Assembly: GCA_963763775.1 (NCBI GenBank)
Contig: CAVXPZ010000001.1
Span: 1,056,001 to 1,120,000 of the forward strand
From: an uncultured Chloroflexia bacterium
GTDB taxonomy: Bacteria > Chloroflexota > Limnocylindria > Limnocylindrales > CSP1-4
Length of the DNA: 64,000 nt
Direction of reading: 5' to 3'
Shown here: piece after piece, positions 21,541-31,307 of the stretch
Layout: every line of letters starts with the position of its first letter
How positions within the stretch are numbered: position 1 is the stretch's first letter
Translations under genes and position numbers: made by a program
The notes under the pieces: generated by a model
What the model saw: only the letters and a program-made list of their open reading frames with translations
The model's database searches: none
What the model was told of the DNA's origin: nothing

Positions 21541-21569
21541 TTGACGGGATGACCGTCGTCGCGCATCAT
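21541..21569 (+). promoter_or_regulatory. Sigma70-type promoter TTGACG-N17-CATCAT
   Basis: Near-consensus -35 and -10 with 17-nt spacer, upstream of the small Zn-finger gene. Confidence 0.5.
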
Positions 21570-21756
21570 GACGGGGTCACCGGTCCGCAGCGACGGCCCC
21601 GGTCGAGCGCCTCACAGAGGGACGCTCCCGGTTCGCCGCCCGGGCCACCAAGAACCACTCCGGCGATGAAACACGCCGTGGAGTGCAGCACCGGACGCGT
21701 CGTCGTCGGCCCATCACGCCGAGCGAGACGCCCCAGAAAGAACGATCAGTCACACC

Positions 21757-21954
21757 ATGTTGTCAAGAACCGCTACCTCGTCCGTCGCCGGACGTGCCAC
21801 GGCCATGCGCCGGCTTCGCCGCCGCGCTTCCGGGGCTGTCGCCAACCAGCGTTCCTATTGCGGGACGAACGGCTGCGCCAGCTTCCTCGAACTCGATCCC
21901 GGGACCGGGGTCGAGCGCTGCCCCATCTGCGGGTTCGTGCGCCGCACGCACTGA
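21757..21954 (+). CDS. Small basic Zn-ribbon protein (65 aa)
   Basis: C-x4-C ('CGTNGC') and C-x2-C ('CPICG'); purine-rich AGAAAGAA upstream. Confidence 0.6.
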   Translation: MLSRTATSSVAGRATAMRRLRRRASGAVANQRSYCGTNGCASFLELDPGTGVERCPICGFVRRTH

Positions 21955-22032
21955 CGCGCGCGGCCCGATCGGGCCCGTATCGCCCGCCGGGATGACCGGC
22001 CCGGACCGTCGCCGGGCTGCCATCCTAGGCCG

Positions 22033-23402
22033 ATGACCCCCGAACGCCGCCTCGACCGAGCGCGCCTGGCCGAGCTCCACGCCGCCGAGCGGGCGACGTT
22101 CGCCCGCGAGCACCCGCGGTCCGCCGCGCTCCACGACCGAGCCAAGGGCTCGCTCCTCGAGGGCATCCCGATGCCGTGGATGACCAAATGGGCCTCCCCG
22201 TTCCCGCTGTTCGTCGAGTCCGCGTCCGGCGCGTCCTTCACTTGTGTCGACGGTCACGACTACGTCGACTTCTGCCTGGGCGACACCGGGGCGATGGCCG
22301 GCCACGGCCCGGCGCCGACCATCGCGGCCGTGGAGCGCCAGATGCGGCGCGGGATCACCCACATGCTGCCGACCGAGGACGCCGCCTGGGTCGGCGAGGA
22401 GTTGACGCGCCGGTTCGGGCTCCCGTCCTGGCAATTCGCCCTGTCCGCGACCGACGCGAACCGCTTCTCCCTGCGACTGGCGCGGCACATCACCGGCCGC
22501 TCGAAGGTCGTCGTGCACGACCACTGCTACCACGGGTCGGTCGACGAGGCGATCGGCGAGCTCGATGCCGACGGGCCACGTCGTCCCGGTCTGGGGATCC
22601 GTCGGGCCGGCCGTCCCGGTCGCGGAGACCACGCGGATCGTCGAGTTCAACGACATCGCCGGCCTCGAGGCGGCCCTCGCCGATGGCGACGTGGCGGCCG
22701 TGCTCGTGGAACCGGCCCTGACGAACGTCGGGATCGTGCTCCCCGAGCCGGGCTACCTCGAGGCGATGCGCGAGATCACGCGTCGCACCGGGACGCTGCT
22801 CATCAACGACGAGACGCACACGATCTGCGCCGGCCCGGGCGGCGCGACCCGCGCCTGGGGCCTCGAGCCGGACATGCTCGTCATCGGCAAGACGATCGGC
22901 GGGGGCATCCCGTCCGCGGCGTACGGCTTCAGCGCCGAGGTCGCGGCACGGGTCCACCGCTCCATCGAGGTCGCCGATTCGGACGTCGGCGGCATCGGCG
23001 GGACGCTGGCCGGGTACGCCCTCTCGCTCGCGGCCACCCGGGCGACGCTCGGCGAGGTCCTGACCGAGGACGCCTTCGAGCGCATGATCCCGCTCGCCGT
23101 CCGCTGGGAGGCGGGCGTCAACGCCGCGCTCGCGCGCGCATGACGTGCCGTGGCACGTGACGCGGCTCGGCGCACGGGCCGAGTACCACTTCATGCCGTC
23201 GCCGCCGCGGACCGGCGCCGAGCAGGCCGCCCATGCCGACCCGGACCTCGAGCAGTTCCTCCACCTCTGGGCGATGAACCGCCGCGTGCTCATGACGCCG
23301 TTCCACAACATGGCGCTGATGTCGCCGGCGACCACGGCCGCCGACGTGGACCGCCATACCGAGGTGTTCGACGCCGCGGTCGCGGCCTTGTTCGCGGACT
23401 GA
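22033..23402 (+). CDS. Class III PLP aminotransferase (GSA-aminomutase-like); frameshifts near 22570 and 23138
   Basis: 'YVDFCLGDTG', 'SATDANR', 'YHG', 'DETHT', 'GKTIGGG', 'GGTL'. Confidence 0.88.
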
Positions 23403-23407
23403 GCCCT

Positions 23408-23869
23408 CTAGCGAGCGCCCTCGAAGGCGCGCTCGAGGCGCCGAGACTCGGCAGCGGGATCGAGCAGCATGCGGTGCTGCCGGTCGGTGGGCGCCTCGGT
23501 GTTGAGGTGCTCGATCGCGCGGTTGGTCTCGCGGACGATCCGGTCGAACTCCGAACGGAGGCGTGCCCGGCTCTCGACGGCCGCACGAGGCGCGCGTTCC
23601 AGGACCGCATCGCGCTGGGCGAGGAGCGTGCGGACCGACTTGTCCGCCTCGATCCACGGCGGGGCGTACCCCGCGCTCCGGAGCATGCGGTTGGCCATCG
23701 CCATGTTCCCGGCCAGCGCGTCGCCGTCGTCCGGCAGGGGCTCGCCCTGATGGGGCAACGCGTCGAACGCGCCGGACTCCATCGCCTCGCGGATCTGCCG
23801 CTCGATGAGGCTCTCCCACGAGGGGCCGACCTCGCGATTCCCCTCGCCGTCACGTCGGTACACGGGCAT
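23408..23869 (-). CDS. DUF1992 domain protein
   Basis: 'ERQIREAMESGAFDALPHQGEPL', 'AGYAPPWIE'. Confidence 0.88.
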   Translation of the reverse strand: MPVYRRDGEGNREVGPSWESLIERQIREAMESGAFDALPHQGEPLPDDGDALAGNMAMANRMLRSAGYAPPWIEADKSVRTLLAQRDAVLERAPRAAVESRARLRSEFDRIVRETNRAIEHLNTEAPTDRQHRMLLDPAAESRRLERAFEGAR

Positions 23870-23930
23870 GCCGATAGCGTATCGCGGACGTGACAGACGA
23901 GCTGGCACGCCCGGTCGGTATCGTGGTCGT

Positions 23931-26900
23931 GTGCAGACGATCGATGGCCGCCCGGTCTATGCGGCCACGGATCTGGTCGCCTACCTGGCGTGCGACCACC
24001 TGACCCAGCTCGAACGTGCGGCCATGGCAGGCCTCATCCGGCGGCCACATGCGCGACGACCCCGACCTCGACGTCATCCGCAGGCGCGGCGTCGACCACG
24101 AGGCGCGGATCTGGGCGACCTGGAGTCCAGGACGCCACATCGTCGAGATCGAAAGGAGGCTCGATCGAGGACCAGGGCGATCGACTCCGGGCGGCCGCGG
24201 CGGAGACGGTCGACGCGATGGCGGGCGGCGCTGCAGTGGTCTACCAGGCCACGTTCTTCGACGGGACGCTGGCGCGGTCATGCGGACTTCCTGCTTCGCG
24301 TCGACGATGCGACCAGGCCGTCGATCTGGGGCCCGTATCAGCTACGACGTCGCGGACACGAAGCTCGCCCGCCATGTGAAAGCGAGCGCGGTCCTCCAGA
24401 TCTGCGCTACAGGACCAGTTCGACCGTGATCCAGGGCGTTCGTCCCGAGATGGATGCACGTCGCCCTCGGCGGAAGCGCTCGATCGTCGAGCGACTGCGC
24501 GTCGCCGACTTCATGGCCTACTACCGGCAGCGCCAAGGCGCGGTTCCTCGCCACGATGACGGACAGCGCGCCTCCCACCGATCCGCCGACCGGCACGTAC
24601 CCCGAGCCGGTGGACCACTGCGACGTCTGCCGCTGGGCAGCGGAGTGCTCCACCGCCGGCGCGCGGACGACCATCTCGCCTCGTCGCCGGGGATCTCGGC
24701 CCGGCAGCGGCGCGCCCTGACCGAGCACGGCGTCCCGACGCTGAGGCGCTCGGGGACCTGACCCTGCCGATGGAGCCCAGCCTCGAGGGGACGAGTACCG
24801 GCGCGCTCGAACGCGTCCACGAGCAGGCGCGATCCAGCTCGAAGGCCGTCGTGACGGGCGGATCCACTACGAGCTCCTGCTCCCGGAGGGGGATGCCGCG
24901 ATCGACCCGGAACGGGGCCTCGCGTCGCTCCCGACACCGTCGCCGGACGACCTGTTCTTCGACATCGAGGCCGACCCGTACGCGTTCGACGACGGCGCTC
25001 GACTACCTGTTCGGCGTCGTCGAGGTCGACGGGACGTTCCATGCCTTCTGGTCGCGCGATGCAGGCGGCGAGTCAGTCTCGCCGGCGAGCGGCTGCCTTC
25101 GAGGCGCTCATCGACTTCGTCGTCGAGCGACTCCAGGCCGCACCCGGACCTGCACCTCTACCACTACGGCGGATACGAGCCGACCGCCCTCAAGCGGCTC
25201 ATGAGCCGCACGGGACGCGCGAGACGAGGTCGACGCCTGCTCCGGGCGGCACCCTCGTCGACCTGCTTCGAGCGGTGCGCCAGTCGCGTCCGAGCCTCGG
25301 TCGAGAGCTACTCGCTCAAGCAGATCGAGACGTTCTACGGGTTCGGGCGCGAGATCGACCTCCGCCACGCGGGCCGGCATCGTCGGTCTTCGAGGAGTGG
25401 TCGAGCTCGGCGACGGCGAGCGCCGGCGGAGTCCACCTCGCCGGATCGGCGCGTACAACCACGACGACTGTCGTGAGCCACGTGCGAGCTGCGCGACTGG
25501 CTCGAGGCGCTCCGCGTCGAGCTCGCGGCCGCGACCGGACAGGAGGTCACGTCCGGGGCCGCGGCAGACCGACCTGCCGGACGAACCTCACAGACCCAGG
25601 CACGGGTGGAGATCCAGCGTGGTTCGACGGGCCGACCCGCGGTCGTGCCGATCGACCCGGCCGAACGCACCGAGGGGCAGCACGCACGCTGGCTGCTGGC
25701 GCAGCTGCTCGGTTGGCATCGGCGCGACGAGAAGGCGATGTGGTGGGTGTGGCACGGCTTCGGCAGACGCCCGAGGAGGACTCGTCGAGGAAACGCGCGA
25801 TCGGCGGCTTCGAACCGACGTCCGGCTCGACGAGTGGCGCAGGGAAGAGCGGGTGCGGCGATATCGGTTCACCGACAGGACCACAAGTTCCGCGTCGCGC
25901 AGCACGCCATCGATCGGCCGGAACAGGCCGCCCACGGCGATCCCTTCGGCGAGGATGCCGGCGAGATCGTCGCCATCGACGACCGTCCACGGGACGATCG
26001 ACCTCCGCGCGGTCCGAGCGACAGGCGTACCACCACCACGCGCGGTCGTCGCGTCGAAGCCGATCGGCAGTCGGCCGAGCCAGGCATCGCTGCTCGACCG
26101 GTGCGGAGTCGGTCGCTCGACGCAGGGCATCGAGGCGGACGGGCCGTATCGGCTGCCCGCGACCTTCTGCTGCGACCGGCCGCCGCGCGCCGGGGCAGGC
26201 CGCCGGGCGACCCTCGCCGGACCCGACGAGACGGACGCTCGACGCGGCTCGCCGACTGTGCCTTGGCCCTGGATGCGAGCGATCCTCGCCGATCCAGGGA
26301 CCGCCCGGCACCGGCAAGACGTACACCGGCGCGCGGATGATCGTCGCGCTCGTCCGAGGCAGGACGGCGGGTCGGCGTCACCGCGACCAGCCACAAGGTG
26401 ATCGCGAATCTGCTCCAGCAGATCTGGCGAGGCGGCCGAGCGACGAGCGGACGACGGTCCGGCCGATCCAGAAGTGCGAGCGCCAGGACGACGCGGCTCG
26501 ACGACCCCGACGTCGTGACCGTGACCAAGGACAACGCGGCCGATGTGCGCGGCGCTCGACGACGGCCGGCGTTCGACCTCGCCGCCGGGACGTCATGGCT
26601 CTGGGTCGCCCGGCCGGACATGGCTGGAGCCGTCGACGTCCTCTTCGTCGACGAGGCCGGCCAGATCTCGCTCGCGAACGTGATCGCGATGGCGCGGGCG
26701 GCGCGCAGTCATCGTGCTCCTCGGCGACCCGCAGCAGCTCGACCAGCCGCTCAGGGCGTCGCACCCCGATGGCGCCGGAGCGCTCCGCCCTCGAGCACCT
26801 TCTCGGGGACGCGACGACGATGCCGACGGACTCGCGGCCTGTTCCTCGAGATGACCTGGCGGCTTGCATCCGGCCGTCTGCGCGTTCACGTCCGAGGTCT

Positions 26901-27514
26901 TCTACGACGGCCGGCTCGTGACCCATCCCACCTCGGACGCCAACGCCTGGAGGCCGGTGTCACGACCTCGACGGCGCCGGGACCCGCTCGTCGGGTGGCC
27001 AGTCGTGCTGAAGCGAGACTCGTCGACGTCGGCGCAGGAGGCGCGCCACGTGGCGGACGTCGTGTCCCGCCTCGTCGGCAAGACCTGGACAGGAGCCGTG
27101 GCGCGCCGCGCCGCATCTCGTTGGCCGACATCATCGTCGTGGCGCCCTACAACGCCCAGCGTCGGCGGCGGTCGAGGCACGCCTCGGTGCCGGCGGCGCG
27201 CCCGTGTCGGGACCGTCGACAAGTTCCAGGGCCAGGAAGGCGCCGTCGCGATCTACTCGATGGCCAGCTCGAGCCGAGACGACGCGCCGAGGGACATGGA
27301 CTTCCTGTACAGCCGCAACCGCCTGAACGTTGCGGTCTCGCGCGCTCGTGGCGTCGCGATGGTGGTCGCGAGTCCGGCGCTCCTCGACGCGAGTTGCCGA
27401 ACGCCCGAGCAGATGCGGCTCGTTGACGCCCTGTGCCGCCTCGTCGAGACGGCATCCTCTCAGGAGCGCGACACCCTTGGCGGCATCGAGGTGCTGACGC
27501 TCGGCCTCGACTGA
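23931..27514 (+). pseudogene. TM0106-family RecB-like nuclease fused to a DNA2/NAM7-type SF1 helicase; heavily frameshifted (error or decay)
   Basis: Fragments 'ATDLVAYLACDH', 'RGHADFLLRV', 'DTKLAR', 'DIEADP', 'SYSLKQIE', 'IQGPPGTGKT', 'FVDEAGQ', 'GTVDKFQGQE', 'NRLNVAVSRAR' in changing frames. Confidence 0.85.
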
Positions 27515-27569
27515 GCCGCGCGGGACGAGCGGACGAGCGGCCAGGGGCCGCGCCTATCATCCGGCGACC

Positions 27570-28823
27570 ATGGAAGGGATCCTCACGCTTCCCGAGCCGC
27601 GCCTGCAGGCGTTGCGCCGTCGCACGGTCTGGTCGCTCGTGGCCGGCGTCGCGCTCGGGAGCACCGGGCACATCGCCGCGGTCACCGTGTCGTCGATCGC
27701 GGCCGAGAGCCTCGGCGGCTCGGCGATCTGGGCCGGCGTGCCCGGGGCCGCCGTGGTCCTCGGGGCCGCCGGCGGCGCCTTCGGCCTCGCCAACGTCATG
27801 GTCCGGCGCGGACGCCGGTTCGGGCTCAGCCTCGGCTACTCGATCGGGGTGCTCGGGGCGCTGATCGCGGTCGTGGCGATCGTCGGCGGGTCGCTGCCCG
27901 GCATGCTCGTCGGGACGGTCCTCGTCGGGTTCGGCAACGCCTCGAACCAGCTGTCGCGGTACACGGCCGCGGACCTCTACCCCGACCACCGGCGAGCCTC
28001 GGCGATCGGCCTCGTCGTGTGGGGCGCCACCGTCGGCGCCGTGGTCGGACCGAACCTCGTCGCGCCGTCGAGCGACTTCGCGATGTCGATCGGCCTGCCC
28101 GAGCTCGCCGGGCCGTACCTGGTCCCGATCATCTTCGTGGGCGCGGCCGCGATCCTGAGCTTCGTCCTCCTGCGACCCGACCCGTACCAGCTCGCCGATA
28201 CGTCCTCGCACGAGGATCTCGCCGCGACCCACGGGTCGTACGCGGCGTCCCTGGCCTCGGTCCTGCGGCGTCCGCACGTCTCGGTCGCCGTCGTGGCGCT
28301 GGTCATCGGCCAGGTCGTGATGACCCTGATCATGACGATGACCCCGATCCACATGACGATGCACGGCCACGGCCTCGGCGACGTGGGGATCGTCATCAGC
28401 GGGCACACCTTCGGGATGTTCGGGCTCTCGCCGATCTCCGGGCGGCTCACCGACCGGTTCGGGAGCCCGCCGGTCATGTTCGCGGGTCTCGGGACGATCG
28501 CGGCCGCGTCGCTGATGGCGGCGGTCGCCCCGCCGGACGGCGGCCTGCTCCTCTTCCTGGCGCTCTTCCTGCTCGGATACGGCTGGAACCTCGGCTACGT
28601 GGCGGGGTCCACCCTCCTGACGACCGGCCTCGGCCTGGCGGAGCGCACGAGGGTCCAGGGCTTCACGGACGCGCTGATCTGGAGCTCCGCCGCGGCGGCG
28701 AGCCTGACCTCCGGCATCGTCCTCGCGACCGCGGGCTTCGCGACGCTCGGGCTCATCGGCGCCGCGATGGTCATCGTGCCCGCGTGGCTGATCCTCTCGC
28801 GCCGCGCGGCGCTCTCGACCTGA
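27570..28823 (+). CDS. MFS transporter
   Basis: About 12 TM helices; 'RRGRRFG', 'GRLTDRFG', 'RYTAADL'. Confidence 0.92.
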   Translation: MEGILTLPEPRLQALRRRTVWSLVAGVALGSTGHIAAVTVSSIAAESLGGSAIWAGVPGAAVVLGAAGGAFGLANVMVRRGRRFGLSLGYSIGVLGALIAVVAIVGGSLPGMLVGTVLVGFGNASNQLSRYTAADLYPDHRRASAIGLVVWGATVGAVVGPNLVAPSSDFAMSIGLPELAGPYLVPIIFVGAAAILSFVLLRPDPYQLADTSSHEDLAATHGSYAASLASVLRRPHVSVAVVALVIGQVVMTLIMTMTPIHMTMHGHGLGDVGIVISGHTFGMFGLSPISGRLTDRFGSPPVMFAGLGTIAAASLMAAVAPPDGGLLLFLALFLLGYGWNLGYVAGSTLLTTGLGLAERTRVQGFTDALIWSSAAAASLTSGIVLATAGFATLGLIGAAMVIVPAWLILSRRAALST

Positions 28824-30104
28824 TCAGCCGCCGCCGATCTCCCGCTGGACCCACGCCGCGAGGACCCGCGCGCAGTCCTCGACCTCGCGGAGCGGGACGT
28901 ACTCGTCGGCGCTGTGGGCCACCTTCACGTCCCCGGGGCCGAAGATCACACACGGTGTCCCGCCCACGTTGACGAACATCTGCATGTCGGCGCCGTACGG
29001 CTCCCCGAGGAGCGCGGGGCGACGGCCCGTGACGGCCTCGGCGATCGCGGCGAGACCCACGGGCAGCGGATGGTCGGACGGCACCCGAGCGGACCCGAAG
29101 CGGCCGCCGGTGATCTCGACGGTGGCGGGATGCTCGCGAAGGAAGTCGTCCTCCGCGCACGCGGCTGCGATGACCGCCCGCAGCTCGGCTTCCGCCTCCG
29201 CGGCGCTCTGCCCGAGCCGCACGCCGTACCGTCCGTCGGCCACGACCCGGTCGAGGACGGTGGACGCCCACTCCCCGCCCGACACGATCCCGACGATCGT
29301 CGGGTACGGGAGCCCCAGGACGGTCATCAGCGGATCGGTCTCGGCCGCGTTGCGTCGCGTCTCGTCCGCCTCGAGCGCGCGAACGAGGGTGAACAGCTTG
29401 TCGAGCGCGGACACACCCTCGCGGCGCTGCGATGCGTGGGCGGCTCGCCCCGGAACGGTCAATCGGAACGTGATCGCGCCGGCATGGGCCACGACGATGT
29501 CGAGGTTCGAGGGCTCCGGGATGATCGCGAGGTCCCCGGTGACGCCCGCACGGATCGCCGCCAGAGTCCCCTGGCCGCCGTCCTCCTCCGAGGGCACCAG
29601 CGCGACCACGAGCTCGCCGGCGAGCCGCGCCAGCTCGCCGGACGCACCGAGGGCGCGAACGGCCGCGAGGATCGCCGCCACGCCGCCCTTCATGTCGTTG
29701 GCGCCCCGTCCGTAGACGCGGCCGTCGCGGAGGTCGCCGTCCCACGGACCCGTGGTCCAGGTAGCAAGGTCCCCTGGCGGCACCACGTCGAGATGGCCCG
29801 ACAGGATCAGGCGGCGGCCACCCACGGCCCCGGCCCGTCCGATGACGACAGGGAGCGCGGTGCGGGCCATCTCCTCGCCCGGCCAGTCCCGGTCCGCGCG
29901 GACCGATGCCGGGTCCGGTGCGACCACGTCGACCGCCAGGCCGAGGTCGCGCAAGGCGTCGGCGGCCCAGGCGGCGACGGCCTCCTCGGAGCCGGTGATG
30001 CTCGGGATCCGGACCAGCGCCTGGAGGTCGGCGAGCAGTCGCCCGCGATCGACCGACCCGGCGACGGACGCCGCACCTTCAGCCAGGCGCTCCACGTCAG
30101 CCAC
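28824..30104 (-). CDS. ArgE/DapE-family M20 deacylase
   Basis: 'SGHLDVVP', 'GRGANDMKGG', 'EEDGG', 'AHSADE'. Confidence 0.92.
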   Translation of the reverse strand: MADVERLAEGAASVAGSVDRGRLLADLQALVRIPSITGSEEAVAAWAADALRDLGLAVDVVAPDPASVRADRDWPGEEMARTALPVVIGRAGAVGGRRLILSGHLDVVPPGDLATWTTGPWDGDLRDGRVYGRGANDMKGGVAAILAAVRALGASGELARLAGELVVALVPSEEDGGQGTLAAIRAGVTGDLAIIPEPSNLDIVVAHAGAITFRLTVPGRAAHASQRREGVSALDKLFTLVRALEADETRRNAAETDPLMTVLGLPYPTIVGIVSGGEWASTVLDRVVADGRYGVRLGQSAAEAEAELRAVIAAACAEDDFLREHPATVEITGGRFGSARVPSDHPLPVGLAAIAEAVTGRRPALLGEPYGADMQMFVNVGGTPCVIFGPGDVKVAHSADEYVPLREVEDCARVLAAWVQREIGGG

Positions 30105-30963
30105 GGAGGATCGGTCGCGTCATGCAGGTCGGCCCGCCCGACCCGTTGATCCCGATCTCGGTGGCCGGATACGTGTGGACCTCGCACCCGGCCGCCGCGA
30201 GCGCCGCCGCGGTGTGCGGATTGCCCTCGGCCAGGATGACCACGCCCGGGCGGACCGCCAGGACGTTGCAGCCGAGCGTCGGGAACTCCTCGTCGGGCAC
30301 GGTCACGAGCCTGATCCCCAGCTCGTCGAGCAACTGCCAGAGGCCCACCGGGAGCAGCGGCAGGAAGACCACGGCGAGGTCGTCGGCGACGGGCGAGATG
30401 ACCGACATCAGGTGGATGAGCTCGGCCGGGCCGCGCCAGTACGGCACGTCGAAGATCCGCACGTCGTCGCCCACGAGCGCCGCGAGCTGGCGCGCTCCCG
30501 CATCGTTGGTGCGCAGCGTCCGGCCGATACAGAAGAGATCCGGACGCAGCCAAAGCGTGTCGCCGCCCTCGACCGTGCCGGGCGCCTCGATCCGGCCGAT
30601 GGTCGGGATGCCCGCGGCTTGCGTCCAGGCCTCCAGCGCCGCCGGCTCCATGGCGCGGTTCGGCTTCCCGGGTCGGAGCGGGATGGCCCCGCGGTCGGTG
30701 ACCAGCAGCGGGTCGAACGTATAGACGAGGTCCGGACTGGCGATCTCGTCCTCGAGCACGTGGACCGTCGGCCCGAGTGAGACCAGCAGGTCGACGAACG
30801 CATCGTGCTCGCGACGAGCCACGTCCAGGTCGACCGGGTGCAGGAACCCGTGGGCCGGATCGTCGAACGCGGCCCCGAAGGCCGGCCCTGGCCGCTTCAC
30901 GAGCACGTCACGCAGCGGCGCGGACATGCTCTGGGCACCGAACGTCCGGGCGGTCGTGGTCAC
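30097..30963 (-). CDS. Dimethylarginine dimethylaminohydrolase / amidinotransferase family protein
   Basis: 'PDLVYTFDP', 'EGGD', 'RTN', 'IHL', C-terminal 'GGPTCMT'; TATCCT -10 before the GTG. Confidence 0.88.
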   Translation of the reverse strand: MTTTARTFGAQSMSAPLRDVLVKRPGPAFGAAFDDPAHGFLHPVDLDVARREHDAFVDLLVSLGPTVHVLEDEIASPDLVYTFDPLLVTDRGAIPLRPGKPNRAMEPAALEAWTQAAGIPTIGRIEAPGTVEGGDTLWLRPDLFCIGRTLRTNDAGARQLAALVGDDVRIFDVPYWRGPAELIHLMSVISPVADDLAVVFLPLLPVGLWQLLDELGIRLVTVPDEEFPTLGCNVLAVRPGVVILAEGNPHTAAALAAAGCEVHTYPATEIGINGSGGPTCMTRPILRG

Positions 30964-31076
30964 CGACGCAGGATAGCGAGCCGCGGAAGGCATGAAGCGA
31001 CGACCGGCGACGGTCATCCACGGACCCGCTCGAAGTCCCATTGGCGGGCATCACGAGCGGCTTGTACCCTTCGCCC

Positions 31077-31307
31077 ATGCCTGCCTACGCCGTGACGATG
31101 CGCATCCAGCCCGTCCGGCCCCACCGAGCCGAGCCGTCGCGCGCGTACGGCGAGCTCGCGAGCGCGAGCGATCGACACCCGACGGCCGAGGTCGTGGACC
31201 TCGTCGGGACCTCGATCGACGAGCGCGTCGCCGGCTGGTGGTCGGCTGTCGCCGAGACCTGGGCGCAGACGACGTTCTTCCTGTTCGACCCGGAGAGCTG
31301 GCGCTGA
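31077..31307 (+). CDS. Small hypothetical protein ending WAQTTFFLFDPESWR
   Basis: TACCCT -10 six nt before the ATG; aromatic-rich, conserved-looking C-terminus. Confidence 0.6.
   Translation: MPAYAVTMRIQPVRPHRAEPSRAYGELASASDRHPTAEVVDLVGTSIDERVAGWWSAVAETWAQTTFFLFDPESWR

Noticed and set aside
21599-21694. Cloverleaf-like fold as a tRNA or known riboswitch (SAM, TPP, glycine, c-di-AMP)
   Set aside because: No proper T-arm or anticodon geometry, no CCA end and no recognisable aptamer consensus; kept only as an unclassified leader candidate.
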